A stretch of DNA of 64,000 nt, from contig JADGDK010000001.1 in NCBI GenBank assembly GCA_016744895.1, positions 39,463 through 103,462 of the forward strand. The letters run 5' to 3'. The stretch's first letter is position 1. Each line of letters opens with the position of its first letter. A model generated the notes under the pieces. It made no database searches. It saw only the letters and a list, made by a program, of their open reading frames with translations, and had not been told where the DNA came from. The stretch is from Campylobacterales bacterium. Lineage in GTDB: Bacteria; Campylobacterota; Campylobacteria; Campylobacterales; QNZT01. Both the position numbers and the translations under genes were made by a program. This document shows, in pieces, positions 1 through 8,830 of the stretch.

Positions 1-843
1 TCTAGGACCTTGTAAAGTGCCTTGTTTCCCACCTTTATGTTTGATTGGTTCAATTTGTTTTGCAGGAGCTTTAAAATTTAGTTTGTATTTTCCACCATCA
101 CCGTATGGCTCAATTGATTCAACTTCTGCATAGTGAGTTATTGCTGAAATTGGAGCAGTTTGATAAGCTGCTATATATTTAATATCATTTAGTTTTCCAC
201 CACTAATTCGAACTGCATACCAAGAATTTTCTCCTAAGAAAACTTTTTTAAATCCTTCTTCTTGCGCTGGAACAACAATAGTGTCTTTTATCTCTTTTTT
301 TGAATGAGTTATTTGATTTGTAACTTTTATTTTTTTTGCTTCTTCAAAAACACGAATTTCTACTAAAGGTAATATACTATAAATTTCATTGAGAAATTCT
401 TGAGTATCTGCTTTTTCGGACTCAGTTAAAACTGGTTCATTTGGAGTTGTATTATTATCAAGGTTACAACGACCAGTATCTTGTGCTTTTTTAATCAATG
501 CCCACTCTAGCCATGTAATATGTGCTCTATTTAAGCCTCCGTTGCTTGAGACAAAAACTAGTACTTTATTCCAAAACTCTTTCTTTTTTTCATGAGATTC
601 TATACGATTTTTTATACCATCTCCTTGACCAATGTACAAAGTTGGTAAGTCATCTTGATCTTCTTGGTAGCCAAATAAAATATATATTCCGGCCTGTTCA
701 AATTCTTTTCTAGTTTTATATTTTGACCAAGCATCTCTTGAAATTTCCAAACCAATGCCTGTCCAATTCATTTTGTCAATAATTTTAATAGTATTTGGAT
801 TTCCATCAGGTACAAATAAACGGATTGTATAAGGTTTTAACAA
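1..843 (-). CDS. GIY-YIG nuclease family protein, partial (C-terminus lies left of the window)
   Basis: Absent from the ORF track because it is edge-truncated. Hand translation of the minus strand is stop-free from 843 to 1: (TTG)LKPYTIRLFVPDGNPNTIKIIDKMNWTGIGLEISR..AGIYILFGY..LPTLYIGQGDGIKNRIESH (GIY and YIG motifs). AAGGA lies ~7 nt upstream of TTG 843-841. In-frame TAA at 882-880. Confidence 0.75.
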   Translation of the reverse strand, partial: MLKPYTIRLFVPDGNPNTIKIIDKMNWTGIGLEISRDAWSKYKTRKEFEQAGIYILFGYQEDQDDLPTLYIGQGDGIKNRIESHEKKKEFWNKVLVFVSSNGGLNRAHITWLEWALIKKAQDTGRCNLDNNTTPNEPVLTESEKADTQEFLNEIYSILPLVEIRVFEEAKKIKVTNQITHSKKEIKDTIVVPAQEEGFKKVFLGENSWYAVRISGGKLNDIKYIAAYQTAPISAITHYAEVESIEPYGDGGKYKLNFKAPAKQIEPIKHKGGKQGTLQGPR

Positions 844-872
844 CTTATTTCCTTTTCTCAGAGTTTTTGGGT

Positions 873-926
873 ACCTTTTTTAAAAAAGGTGTATGAATGC
901 GATGATAAATTTGAATTTATCATCGC
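873..926. repeat. Two adjacent perfect palindromes upstream of the GIY-YIG gene (ACCTTTTTTAAAAAAGGT at 873-890; hairpin with 12-bp stem and 4-nt loop at 899-926)
   Basis: Read directly: 873-890 is its own reverse complement. GCGATGATAAAT-TTGA-ATTTATCATCGC at 899-926. Function unknown (operator or insulating hairpin). Confidence 0.6.
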
Positions 927-1322
927 AGTTCAATATTTTAATAACTTCTATTTTATGTTTGTTATGATGAAGTTTGAATGTTAGTACAACTATTTAATAT
1001 CCTACACTCTATACAAAACAGCTCATAACCTACCAATTATCCATCATATAAAGTGTATAGATAATCATGTAAACAATCAAACTATTTATAAAACACAATT
1101 ATTATAATAAAAAATTAAAATAATTTCAAGATTATGCAGCCTTTTAGCCAGAAATATGCTCAGATACTAACAATATGTTAGATAATTGGCAGAAAATCCA
1201 TTATTTGGGCATTATGATAGATTAATTTCCAAAACTTTTTGAGACTCTTTACAAAGAAACTAAGCATATATCTTTGGATAATGTGGAAACACATAAAGAT
1301 CAAGCAGTTAAAAAGTAGTGTA

Positions 1323-1346
1323 GCAAAAGGAAATAATTCCTTTTGC
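1323..1346 (-). terminator. Hairpin just downstream of pstS (putative terminator)
   Basis: GCAAAAGGAA-ATAA-TTCCTTTTGC, 10-bp perfect stem, 17 nt after the pstS stop. The U-run on the minus strand is only partial and offset. Confidence 0.45.
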
Positions 1347-1363
1347 ATTACAAGGGGTATATT

Positions 1364-2365
1364 CTATTTAATTTTGTTAGTTTTCCAATACGATCTAATC
1401 ATATCTTTTGTCTCTTTTGGAAGTGGCACATAGCCTAAGTCTGTAGCGATTTTATCTCCATTAGTGTAGGCATAGTCAAAAAACTTTGTAACTTGCTTGT
1501 TTGTATCTGTTTTTTCTATAGGAAGTAGTGCAAATGTAGCCGCTACAATTGGGTAAGATGTCTTTCCATCAGGGTATGCGATCACTGCATAAAAGTCATT
1601 GTCAGGTGTCCATTTTGCATATTTTGCCGCATCTTGGAAAGATTCTAATGTTGGGTTTATGTACTGTCCCTCTTTGTTCTCAACTTGTGCAGCACTCAAA
1701 CCTAATTTTTGTTTATAGGAGTACTCGATATAACCAATTGCGTATTTTGTCTGTTGGATATTTGCAGAAACACCAGAGTTACTTTTTCCAGCAACCACAT
1801 TACCTACCCAATTTGGTTTTTTACTGGCTTTAAACGCTTTATCATCCAATTGCGCAAGATAGTAAGTAAAGTTATAAGTCGTTCCTGATTTATCAGCACG
1901 TACTGCAATGGTCATCTTTTCATGGGGAAGTTTAAGATCTGGATTTACACTTGTGATTGCTTGATCATCCCAATGTGTGATTTTTCCAGAAAAGATTCCT
2001 GCAACTGCTTTTTCACTAAGTTTGAGTTCACCATCTTTAATACCTGGGATGTTATATGAAAGTACGATACTTCCTACTACTGTTGGAAACATAAAAAGTT
2101 TGTTTTTCTTAAGTTTTTCACCTTTCATCGGCTTATCACTTCCAGCAAAATCAACCATTCTTTTTTTGATAGATTTGACACCATCACCAGAACCTGTTGG
2201 TGTATAGTTTACTTTTTCTCCTGTTTTTGCATTATAGTCTTGAATCCATGCTTTATACAGTGGACCAGGGAAAGAGGCTCCTCTACCTTGTAATTGACTC
2301 GCTACCAATGTTGTTGTTGCAAGTGAAGCAGCAACTGTTAACGCTATTAATTTTTTTAATCTCAT
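1364..2365 (-). CDS. pstS: Phosphate ABC transporter substrate-binding protein PstS
   Basis: 333 aa with signal peptide. GRGASFPGPLY..YTPTGSGDG..DFAGSDKPM is the PstS family signature. No pstCAB genes adjacent. Confidence 0.9.
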   Translation of the reverse strand: MRLKKLIALTVAASLATTTLVASQLQGRGASFPGPLYKAWIQDYNAKTGEKVNYTPTGSGDGVKSIKKRMVDFAGSDKPMKGEKLKKNKLFMFPTVVGSIVLSYNIPGIKDGELKLSEKAVAGIFSGKITHWDDQAITSVNPDLKLPHEKMTIAVRADKSGTTYNFTYYLAQLDDKAFKASKKPNWVGNVVAGKSNSGVSANIQQTKYAIGYIEYSYKQKLGLSAAQVENKEGQYINPTLESFQDAAKYAKWTPDNDFYAVIAYPDGKTSYPIVAATFALLPIEKTDTNKQVTKFFDYAYTNGDKIATDLGYVPLPKETKDMIRSYWKTNKIK

Positions 2366-2411
2366 GTTATCTCTCCTAATTTTTAATTTCGTTAGAAGTA
2401 TATAAGAGCAC

Positions 2412-2429
2412 GGTTACAAAATGGTTACA
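2412..2429 (-). promoter_or_regulatory. Pho-box-like direct repeat upstream of pstS
   Basis: GGTTACA-AAAT-GGTTACA (11-bp period) ~47-64 nt upstream of the pstS ATG, with a TATATA-like -10 between. Fits the GTTTC-N-AAAA-N-GTTTC pattern I recall for the C. jejuni PhosR box. Confidence 0.45.
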
Positions 2430-2501
2430 GGTGATTAAGTGATTTTTGATGTAAAAATTAACGCTATAAGCAAAAGAGAAAAGCTCTCTTTTGCTGTGAA
2501 A

Positions 2502-3386
2502 TTATGAGAAAATTTTCGGTGCACCTAACTGATCATGGATATTGTTCGCCAATGAATGCTCAATGCCTAAACCTTGTGCAAGTTCTGCTAAATAGTGTGC
2601 TTCTTTATTGGTATCTAAATCTATCGCCATCAAAGAGACCGCATAAACTTGTTGCTCCATGCCTCTTGGAATCGTTCTGATAAAGTCATGTACGTCCAGC
2701 GGTGCATTAAACTCCGCTCTTACAAAATCTGCCTCTGCTTGAGAGATATCACCAAGTTTTGAGATCACTTTCTCTTGCTCTTGTTTATCAATGTTTCCAT
2801 CTGATTTTGCTGCATTGATCATGGCTCTGATGATAAGCGTTGCTTGATCTGTAGCCTCTTTTTGATCTACACCCATTGGTAAGTGGTCACATTTATCAGG
2901 AGTAGGATTTGACACATCTGCATTTTGTGACTGTGCATATTTTGTTAAAGCCCCACCAAGAAGACCACCAAGTCCACCAGCACCGCCTAAACCACTACTG
3001 TTTTGTGAACCACCCCCTAAAAGACTTCCAAGAAGATCACCCATGCCACCACTATTTTGAGGCGCTTGTTGTTGCTGTTGTTGTCCACCTAGTAAAGAAC
3101 CTAATAGATCACCCATACCGCCACCACTTTGTGACTGTTGACCAGCACCACCTAGTAAACCGCCCAGTAGATCAGCCATGCCACCACCAGAAGTTGATTG
3201 TGCATTACCACCGATAAGACCACCTAAGATATCACCAAGTGCTCCACCACCTTGAGTCTGTTGGTTTCCTCCACCACTAAGCGCACTTCCAAGTAAGTTT
3301 CCTAAAACATTTCCTCCGCTTCCTTTTGACAGGGAGCCACTTCCAAGTAAACTTCCTAATATTTTTATAGTATCAATAGCATCCAT
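2502..3386 (-). CDS. DUF533 / TerB-like (YebE-type) protein with Gly/Gln-rich repetitive N-terminal half
   Basis: 294 aa. C-terminal ATLIIRAMINAAKSDGNIDKQEQEKV..QQVYAVSLMAIDLDTNKEAHYLAELAQGLGI resembles DUF533. The N-terminal half carries GGMGDLLGSLLGG-type repeats. Confidence 0.7.
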   Translation of the reverse strand: MDAIDTIKILGSLLGSGSLSKGSGGNVLGNLLGSALSGGGNQQTQGGGALGDILGGLIGGNAQSTSGGGMADLLGGLLGGAGQQSQSGGGMGDLLGSLLGGQQQQQQAPQNSGGMGDLLGSLLGGGSQNSSGLGGAGGLGGLLGGALTKYAQSQNADVSNPTPDKCDHLPMGVDQKEATDQATLIIRAMINAAKSDGNIDKQEQEKVISKLGDISQAEADFVRAEFNAPLDVHDFIRTIPRGMEQQVYAVSLMAIDLDTNKEAHYLAELAQGLGIEHSLANNIHDQLGAPKIFS

Positions 3387-3568
3387 TTTTTTTCCTTCTT
3401 ATTTTACAAAATTGAGTTAAATAAACCAGTCGCAAATCTTATGTTAATTTATGATATCTAATTCAATTTAAAAACATCTGTATCACTTCTAAAAAACTTG
3501 ATATAACTCAATACTTTTTTTAAACCATTGGACTATACTTCTATAAAAAATTATTAGGGCTATACAAC

Positions 3569-4552
3569 ATGAGTGAATTTCTAAACAATCAAACCTCTCC
3601 TTTTGAAGGTGAATATCCAGATGGACATCCCGTCCGAACGTATCTTGAAGAGAACCTTCTTATCAGAAGTATTATCGATGAACTACAAAATGTCAATATC
3701 AATGAAAATTTCCTATTTTTTGAAGCACTGTTTCAAAAGCTTGCAAAAGTAGAGCTTCACTTTGCACGAAAAGAGAACCAACTCTTTCCTTATCTAGAAA
3801 AACATGGTTGGACAAGTCCATCACAAAACATGTGGGCATTTCACGATGCCATTAGAGAAGAGATCAAAGTAACACGAAAAGCACTTGAAGCTAAAGATAT
3901 TGAAGCTAGTATCATAAATTCTCAGCAAGTGTTTCGTTCACTTGAACATATCATGCAAGTAGAAGAAGGTCGACTACTTCCAAATGCCATGAACATGATT
4001 AGTGAAGATGAGTGGAAAGAGTTCAAAGAAGGAGACAGAGAGATAGGATGGATGTTTGATAAAGATCCAACACCCTACCCTGAAGACGAATATATCCATC
4101 CAAGTCAAGATACAAAACGTAGAAATTTACCTTTTGGAATAGAAGATAAGACACACTACGATGAGGGATATCTCACACCAGAACAAGTCAATTCGATCTT
4201 TAGAATTTTACCAGTGGATATCACTTATGTAAATGAAAACGACCAAGTGGTCTTTTACAATCGTGGAGAAGATAGGGTTTTCCCAAGAAGTGCAGGAATT
4301 ATAGGTCGTGAAGTGAAGTTTTGTCATCCTCCAAAAAGTGTAGATCAAGTAATTCAGATATTAGAAGCATTTAAAGCAGGAACCCAAGACCTTGCAGAGT
4401 TTTGGATCAATTTTAAAGGACAATTTATCCATATCCAATACTTTGCGGTACGTGATCCAGATAGAACCTATCGTGGAGTCATTGAAATGAGCCAAGATGT
4501 AAGCCATGTGCGCGCATTAGAGGGCGAGAAGAGACTTCTTGACTGGGAATAA
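3569..4552 (+). CDS. DUF438 domain protein (hemerythrin-like N-terminal part plus PAS-like C-terminal part)
   Basis: 327 aa. LFPYLEKHGWTSPSQNMWAFHDAIRE and VDITYVNENDQVVFYNRGEDRVFPRS..GREVKFCHPPKSV match the DUF438/PAS family pattern. Confidence 0.7.
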   Translation: MSEFLNNQTSPFEGEYPDGHPVRTYLEENLLIRSIIDELQNVNINENFLFFEALFQKLAKVELHFARKENQLFPYLEKHGWTSPSQNMWAFHDAIREEIKVTRKALEAKDIEASIINSQQVFRSLEHIMQVEEGRLLPNAMNMISEDEWKEFKEGDREIGWMFDKDPTPYPEDEYIHPSQDTKRRNLPFGIEDKTHYDEGYLTPEQVNSIFRILPVDITYVNENDQVVFYNRGEDRVFPRSAGIIGREVKFCHPPKSVDQVIQILEAFKAGTQDLAEFWINFKGQFIHIQYFAVRDPDRTYRGVIEMSQDVSHVRALEGEKRLLDWE

Positions 4553-4652
4553 AGGCATATTTGGCTAAAATCGCGCAAATTTTTCATAAACTTGAATTAT
4601 GCAATAGACTATTTTAACTAGCATAATTTGGGTTAAATAATAGGACACAATA

Positions 4653-7280
4653 ATGAGTGAAAAGAGTACAACATACAACCCCAGTGAGATAGAAGATAAA
4701 TTTTATAAAATCTGGGAAGAGCGCGGCTACTTTGAAGTAGAAGGCAATAAAAACATTCAAAAAGCGGATAAAAACTTCGCAATCATGATGCCCCCTCCAA
4801 ATGTTACCGGTTCTTTACACATTGGACATGCACTTACCTTTACGCTTCAAGATATCATGACACGATATAAGAGAATGGATGGTTATAAAACACTATGGCA
4901 ACCAGGTCTTGATCACGCTGGAATCGCTACTCAAAATGTTGTGGAAAAACAACTTTTAGCGCAAGGAACTACCAAAGAAGAGATTGGTCGTGAAGCATTT
5001 TTAGAAAAAGTTTGGGAGTGGAAAGAGCTTAGTGGTGGAAATATATTTCATCAGATGAGAAAACTTGGAGCGAGTCCTGCTTGGAGTCGTGAGCGATTCA
5101 CCATGGATGAGGGTCTTAAAAATGCCGTTCGTAAAATCTTTGTCAAACTTTATGATGAGGGTTTGATCGTCAGAGACAACTACATGGTAAACTGGTGTAC
5201 ACACGATGGAGCATTGAGTGACATCGAAGTTGAACATGAAGATGTATCTGGTAAATTTTACCATATGAAATATCCATTTAGTGATGGAAGCGGTTCTATC
5301 ATAGTTGCAACTACAAGACCAGAAACTTATTTTGGTGATACCGCTGTTATGGTACATCCTGATGATGAGAGATACAAAAACCTTATTGGAAAAAGAGTCA
5401 AACTTCCACTCATCGATAGAGAGATTAAAATCATTGCAGATGCTCATGTTGATATGGAAGTAGGAACAGGACTGGTAAAAGTAACACCTGCACATGACCC
5501 AAATGATTATGAAGTAGGCAAACGTCACAATTTAGAATTTATCACATGTTTTGATGAAAAAGGTTTTTTAAATGACCAATGTGGAGACTTTGAGGGCTTA
5601 GAGCGAATAGAAGCAAGAGCTCAAATTGTCAAAGAACTTGAAAAACAAGGCTTTGTTGAAAAGATAGAAGAGCATATGCACCAAGTGGGACACTGTTATA
5701 GATGTCACAATGTAGTCGAGCCTTATATCTCAAAACAGTGGTTTGTAAAAAAAGCAATTGCTGATGATGCTATCAGTAGAGTAGATACTGGCGAAACTAA
5801 GTTTTATCCACCACACTGGATCAACTCATTTAATGCATGGATGAGTGAACTGAGAGATTGGTGTATCTCTAGACAACTTTGGTGGGGACATCAAATTCCA
5901 GTCTTTTATTGTCAAGATTGTGGTGAAGAATTTGCAACTGAAGAAGAACATCCACAAAACTGTACAAAATGTCAAAGTACAAACATCATTCAAGATCCTG
6001 ATGTATTAGATACATGGTTTAGTTCAGGGCTCTGGCCATTTTCTACACTTGGCTGGGGAAATGGAGAATTTGGAAAAGACACACTATGGAATGAAGATGA
6101 TTTAAAAAACTTTTATCCAAACTCTATGCTCATTACTGGATTTGATATCCTCTTTTTCTGGGTTGCTAGAATGATGTTTAGTGGTGTTCATGAGATGAAA
6201 GAGGTTCCATTTTCTGATGTTTATCTTCATGCACTTGTACGTGATGAACACGGTGCAAAGATGAGTAAATCAAAAGGAAATGTGATCGATCCTCTTGATA
6301 TGATCGAAGAGTTCTCAGCAGATACCCTTCGTTTTACACTTGCTGCACTTGCTGCGCAAGGAAGAGATATCCGTCTAAGTGCTGATCGTTTGGGACAGTA
6401 TCGAAACTTTACAAATAAGCTTTTTAACGCTTCACGATTTTTATTAATGAATGAAGAAAAATTTGCTGATTTAGCAGATATTGAAGTCAAAACAGATCTT
6501 GGACGTTATATCCTTAGCCGTTATGCCGTGGCGACTCAAAGCGTACGTGCAAACATTGATGCGTACCGTTTTAATGATGCAGCAATGGATATTTATAGGT
6601 TTTTCTGGGGCGAATTTTGTGACTGGGGAATTGAGCTAAGTAAAGCGGATAAAGAGAGTGTCAAAGAGTTAGGAAGTATTTATAAAGATTCTCTAAAATT
6701 GATTCATCCATTTATGCCATTTATCTCCGAGTATCTCCACCATGAACTCAGTGGTACAAACTTAGAAGATGGTGACTCTATCATGGTGATGGAATTTCCA
6801 AATCATACACAACAAGATAGTGAAATTGAAAACATCTTCTCACTTGTAATGGAAGCAATCGTAGGTATCAGACGTGCAAAAGCTACACTTGACTTACCAA
6901 GCTCAGCGGTAGATAGCGTACATATAAAACTAAATTCAGATATCGATTTAAGCTCTGGTGCAAAATATATCTCTAAACTTACCAAGGTGGAAAACATTAA
7001 CTTTGTAAGTGAAAAAGTCGAAAACTCTGTAGCCGATGTTGGTAATAATTTAGAAGTATATATTTCACTTGAAGGTATTGACCTAGCTCCAATTATCAAA
7101 AGATTACAAGCGCAAAAAGCAAAGCTTGAAAAAGAGGTTGGAAAGTTAAATGGCATGCTTGGCAATGAAAGATTTGTAGCTAATGCCCCTGAAGATGTAC
7201 TCACTAAAAACAGAGAACTTTTGGCAAATGCACAAAGTAAATTAGAAAAAGTAGAAAATGAATTGGGGTCTTTGAGCTAA
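4653..7280 (+). CDS. valS: Valine--tRNA ligase
   Basis: 875 aa. PPPNVTGSLHIGH (HIGH motif), KMSKSKGN (KMSKS motif), C-terminal coiled coil. Confidence 0.97.
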   Translation: MSEKSTTYNPSEIEDKFYKIWEERGYFEVEGNKNIQKADKNFAIMMPPPNVTGSLHIGHALTFTLQDIMTRYKRMDGYKTLWQPGLDHAGIATQNVVEKQLLAQGTTKEEIGREAFLEKVWEWKELSGGNIFHQMRKLGASPAWSRERFTMDEGLKNAVRKIFVKLYDEGLIVRDNYMVNWCTHDGALSDIEVEHEDVSGKFYHMKYPFSDGSGSIIVATTRPETYFGDTAVMVHPDDERYKNLIGKRVKLPLIDREIKIIADAHVDMEVGTGLVKVTPAHDPNDYEVGKRHNLEFITCFDEKGFLNDQCGDFEGLERIEARAQIVKELEKQGFVEKIEEHMHQVGHCYRCHNVVEPYISKQWFVKKAIADDAISRVDTGETKFYPPHWINSFNAWMSELRDWCISRQLWWGHQIPVFYCQDCGEEFATEEEHPQNCTKCQSTNIIQDPDVLDTWFSSGLWPFSTLGWGNGEFGKDTLWNEDDLKNFYPNSMLITGFDILFFWVARMMFSGVHEMKEVPFSDVYLHALVRDEHGAKMSKSKGNVIDPLDMIEEFSADTLRFTLAALAAQGRDIRLSADRLGQYRNFTNKLFNASRFLLMNEEKFADLADIEVKTDLGRYILSRYAVATQSVRANIDAYRFNDAAMDIYRFFWGEFCDWGIELSKADKESVKELGSIYKDSLKLIHPFMPFISEYLHHELSGTNLEDGDSIMVMEFPNHTQQDSEIENIFSLVMEAIVGIRRAKATLDLPSSAVDSVHIKLNSDIDLSSGAKYISKLTKVENINFVSEKVENSVADVGNNLEVYISLEGIDLAPIIKRLQAQKAKLEKEVGKLNGMLGNERFVANAPEDVLTKNRELLANAQSKLEKVENELGSLS

Positions 7281-7282
7281 AC

Positions 7283-8161
7283 TCAAAACCCCCGAAATGC
7301 TTTAGGTATAAAAGCACTCACACCAATATCCAAAGCAGCTTGTACCTCTTGCACTAATCTATGTTTATCTCGTGGTAAATTCCCTGCTAAATGTAAAGCA
7401 TTAGAAGCATGGTTTGAACGAAATATTATTCTATTTTTGGGATTTAAAAGCTCTAAAAATCGCTTCTGTTCTTCAAGCAGTTGAGAATCATCTAACATAC
7501 TGAAATCACTAAAATGTTTATAAAATTTCTCTTTACTCTCTTCTTCTAATCCCAACTGCAAAGTTGAGAGATAAGTCACTGTCGTTTCATTGATGATTTT
7601 TGCACTATCTCGTATATGTTCTTGTGAATATTTCCTACCACCTATTCCTAAAATCACTGTTGCAGATATTTTCATACCCACTTCAGATGCCTTGTTAAGA
7701 GACTCTATAATTTGACTTTGATTAACACCTTTTGTAATCTTTTTAAGTACTTCATTATTGCCACTCTCTATACCATAATAGAGAAGATTTAAGCCATTTA
7801 AAAAAAGTTTTTCTAACTCTAGAGTAGATTTATTTAAAATATTTTGAGCCGAGGCATACAGCGAAACTCTATTGAGTTTTGGAAATGATTTTTTTAAATA
7901 GTGAAGTAAAGATAAAAGGTGCTCAGTCTCTAAAGAGAGCGCATCTCCATCAGCTAAAAATATTTTCCTACTCTCAGGATATGAACAAGATAAAGCATCT
8001 ATCTCTTTGTAAACCTCTTCAAGCTCACGTACTTGGTAACTCTTACTTTTATACATAGAACAAAAAGTACAGTTGTTATAACTACAACCATAGGTCACTT
8101 GGATAATGATATTATTGGCTTCTGCAGGTGGTCGATAAAGAGGAAATAAATAATCTATCAA
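7283..8161 (-). CDS. Radical SAM protein (function unknown)
   Basis: 292 aa. N-terminal Cys cluster GCSYNNCTFCSMY followed by a TIM-barrel-like region. TTG start. Convergent with valS with a 2-bp gap. Confidence 0.7.
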   Translation of the reverse strand: MIDYLFPLYRPPAEANNIIIQVTYGCSYNNCTFCSMYKSKSYQVRELEEVYKEIDALSCSYPESRKIFLADGDALSLETEHLLSLLHYLKKSFPKLNRVSLYASAQNILNKSTLELEKLFLNGLNLLYYGIESGNNEVLKKITKGVNQSQIIESLNKASEVGMKISATVILGIGGRKYSQEHIRDSAKIINETTVTYLSTLQLGLEEESKEKFYKHFSDFSMLDDSQLLEEQKRFLELLNPKNRIIFRSNHASNALHLAGNLPRDKHRLVQEVQAALDIGVSAFIPKAFRGF

Positions 8162-8198
8162 AATATTAACTTAAAGAAAAAATATATGTACGATACAA

Positions 8199-8298
8199 GT
8201 GCGGTTCACTGCACGTGAGCATTCCGCTGAGGATCTTGATGCCCCTTAAGGGTGAAACTTAGCGTTAGCGTAGCCCAAGGAATTCACTTCCTTGGGCG
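8199..8298. other. GC-rich multi-hairpin intergenic element (candidate structured RNA or terminator module, unclassified)
   Basis: ~100 nt far richer in G+C than its flanks. Hairpins at 8199-8214 and 8273-8297 (10-bp stem GCCCAAGGAA/TTCCTTGGGC), CCCTTAAGGG palindrome, tandem TAGCGT-TAGCGT. Lies between kbp and the radical SAM gene. Confidence 0.35.
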
Positions 8299-8324
8299 TT
8301 ATTAAATGTTATGGTTCCCTAACT

Positions 8325-8771
8325 TTACGCAGTAAAGTTAGGAATCCGAATCATTTGACCAGGATAAATTTTATCTGCATCTTTGATCACTTCTAAGTTT
8401 GCTTCCACAATCTCAGGGTATCTTGATCCATCCTTATAGTAGATATCAGCAACTCTCCAAAGCGTATCACCTTTTTGAATCTCATAATTAATATCATGTA
8501 ACTCTATTGAATCATCTTCAACTGTGACATCTTCAAAATTTACTTTAGTGACACCTTCAATATTCCCAGCGATTAAAGCTGCTTTTGCTCTATCTTCTGC
8601 ATTTTTAGCATGACCTTTAATTGTCACTGTTTCACCATCAACTACTACGTCTAGGTTTTCAATTGGCATTGTCTTACTATTTTCAGCGATATAACTTTTG
8701 ATATTATCATTATCATCACCCCGACCTAATAACTTTTTTCCAGCATCTTTAACGAAATCAAAAAATCCCAT
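8325..8771 (-). CDS. kbp: BON plus LysM domain protein, potassium-binding protein Kbp/YgaU-like
   Basis: 148 aa. MGFFDFVKDAGKKLLG start, a central BON-like region, and a C-terminal LysM (YEIQKGDTLWRVA..IYPGQMIRIP) parallel E. coli Kbp. Confidence 0.85.
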   Translation of the reverse strand: MGFFDFVKDAGKKLLGRGDDNDNIKSYIAENSKTMPIENLDVVVDGETVTIKGHAKNAEDRAKAALIAGNIEGVTKVNFEDVTVEDDSIELHDINYEIQKGDTLWRVADIYYKDGSRYPEIVEANLEVIKDADKIYPGQMIRIPNFTA

Positions 8772-8830
8772 TTTTTCTCCTTATTAATTTTAAATACAAA
8801 CTATTATATATTGTTACGCTAAAACTAATA

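Noticed and set aside
893-967. 24-codon hydrophobic ORF (MNAMINLNLSSQFNILITSILCLL) as a type I toxin candidate
   Set aside because: The AGGTG lies only ~1-2 nt from the ATG, there is no evidence of an antisense RNA, and the ORF overlaps the perfect hairpin, which better explains the sequence.
1036-1290. DnaA-box-like words (TTATCCATC, TGGATAATG, TAGATAAT) in the long AT-rich gap
   Set aside because: All are imperfect and are expected by chance in AT-rich DNA. No dnaA or DNA-unwinding element context is visible.
2909-3217. 102-aa plus-strand ORF rich in His, Pro and Gln
   Set aside because: It is the mirror image of the GGx/CAA codon repeats of the minus-strand DUF533 gene. It has a low-complexity translation and no independent signals.
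5001-5528. 175-aa minus-strand ORF (and similar ORFs at 6227-6490 and 6803-7204) inside valS
   Set aside because: These are shadow ORFs fully embedded antisense in a highly conserved gene, and their products have no recognisable motifs. The same reasoning applies to the many 60-150-aa antisense ORFs inside fba, sucCD, fumC, icd, acnB, murA and proA.
8221-8297. Possible TPP riboswitch (CUGAG and GCGUAG words on the plus strand)
   Set aside because: It lacks the conserved ACCUGAUCUGGAUAAUGCCAGCG-type core, the helix lengths do not fit, and no gene lies downstream on that strand.
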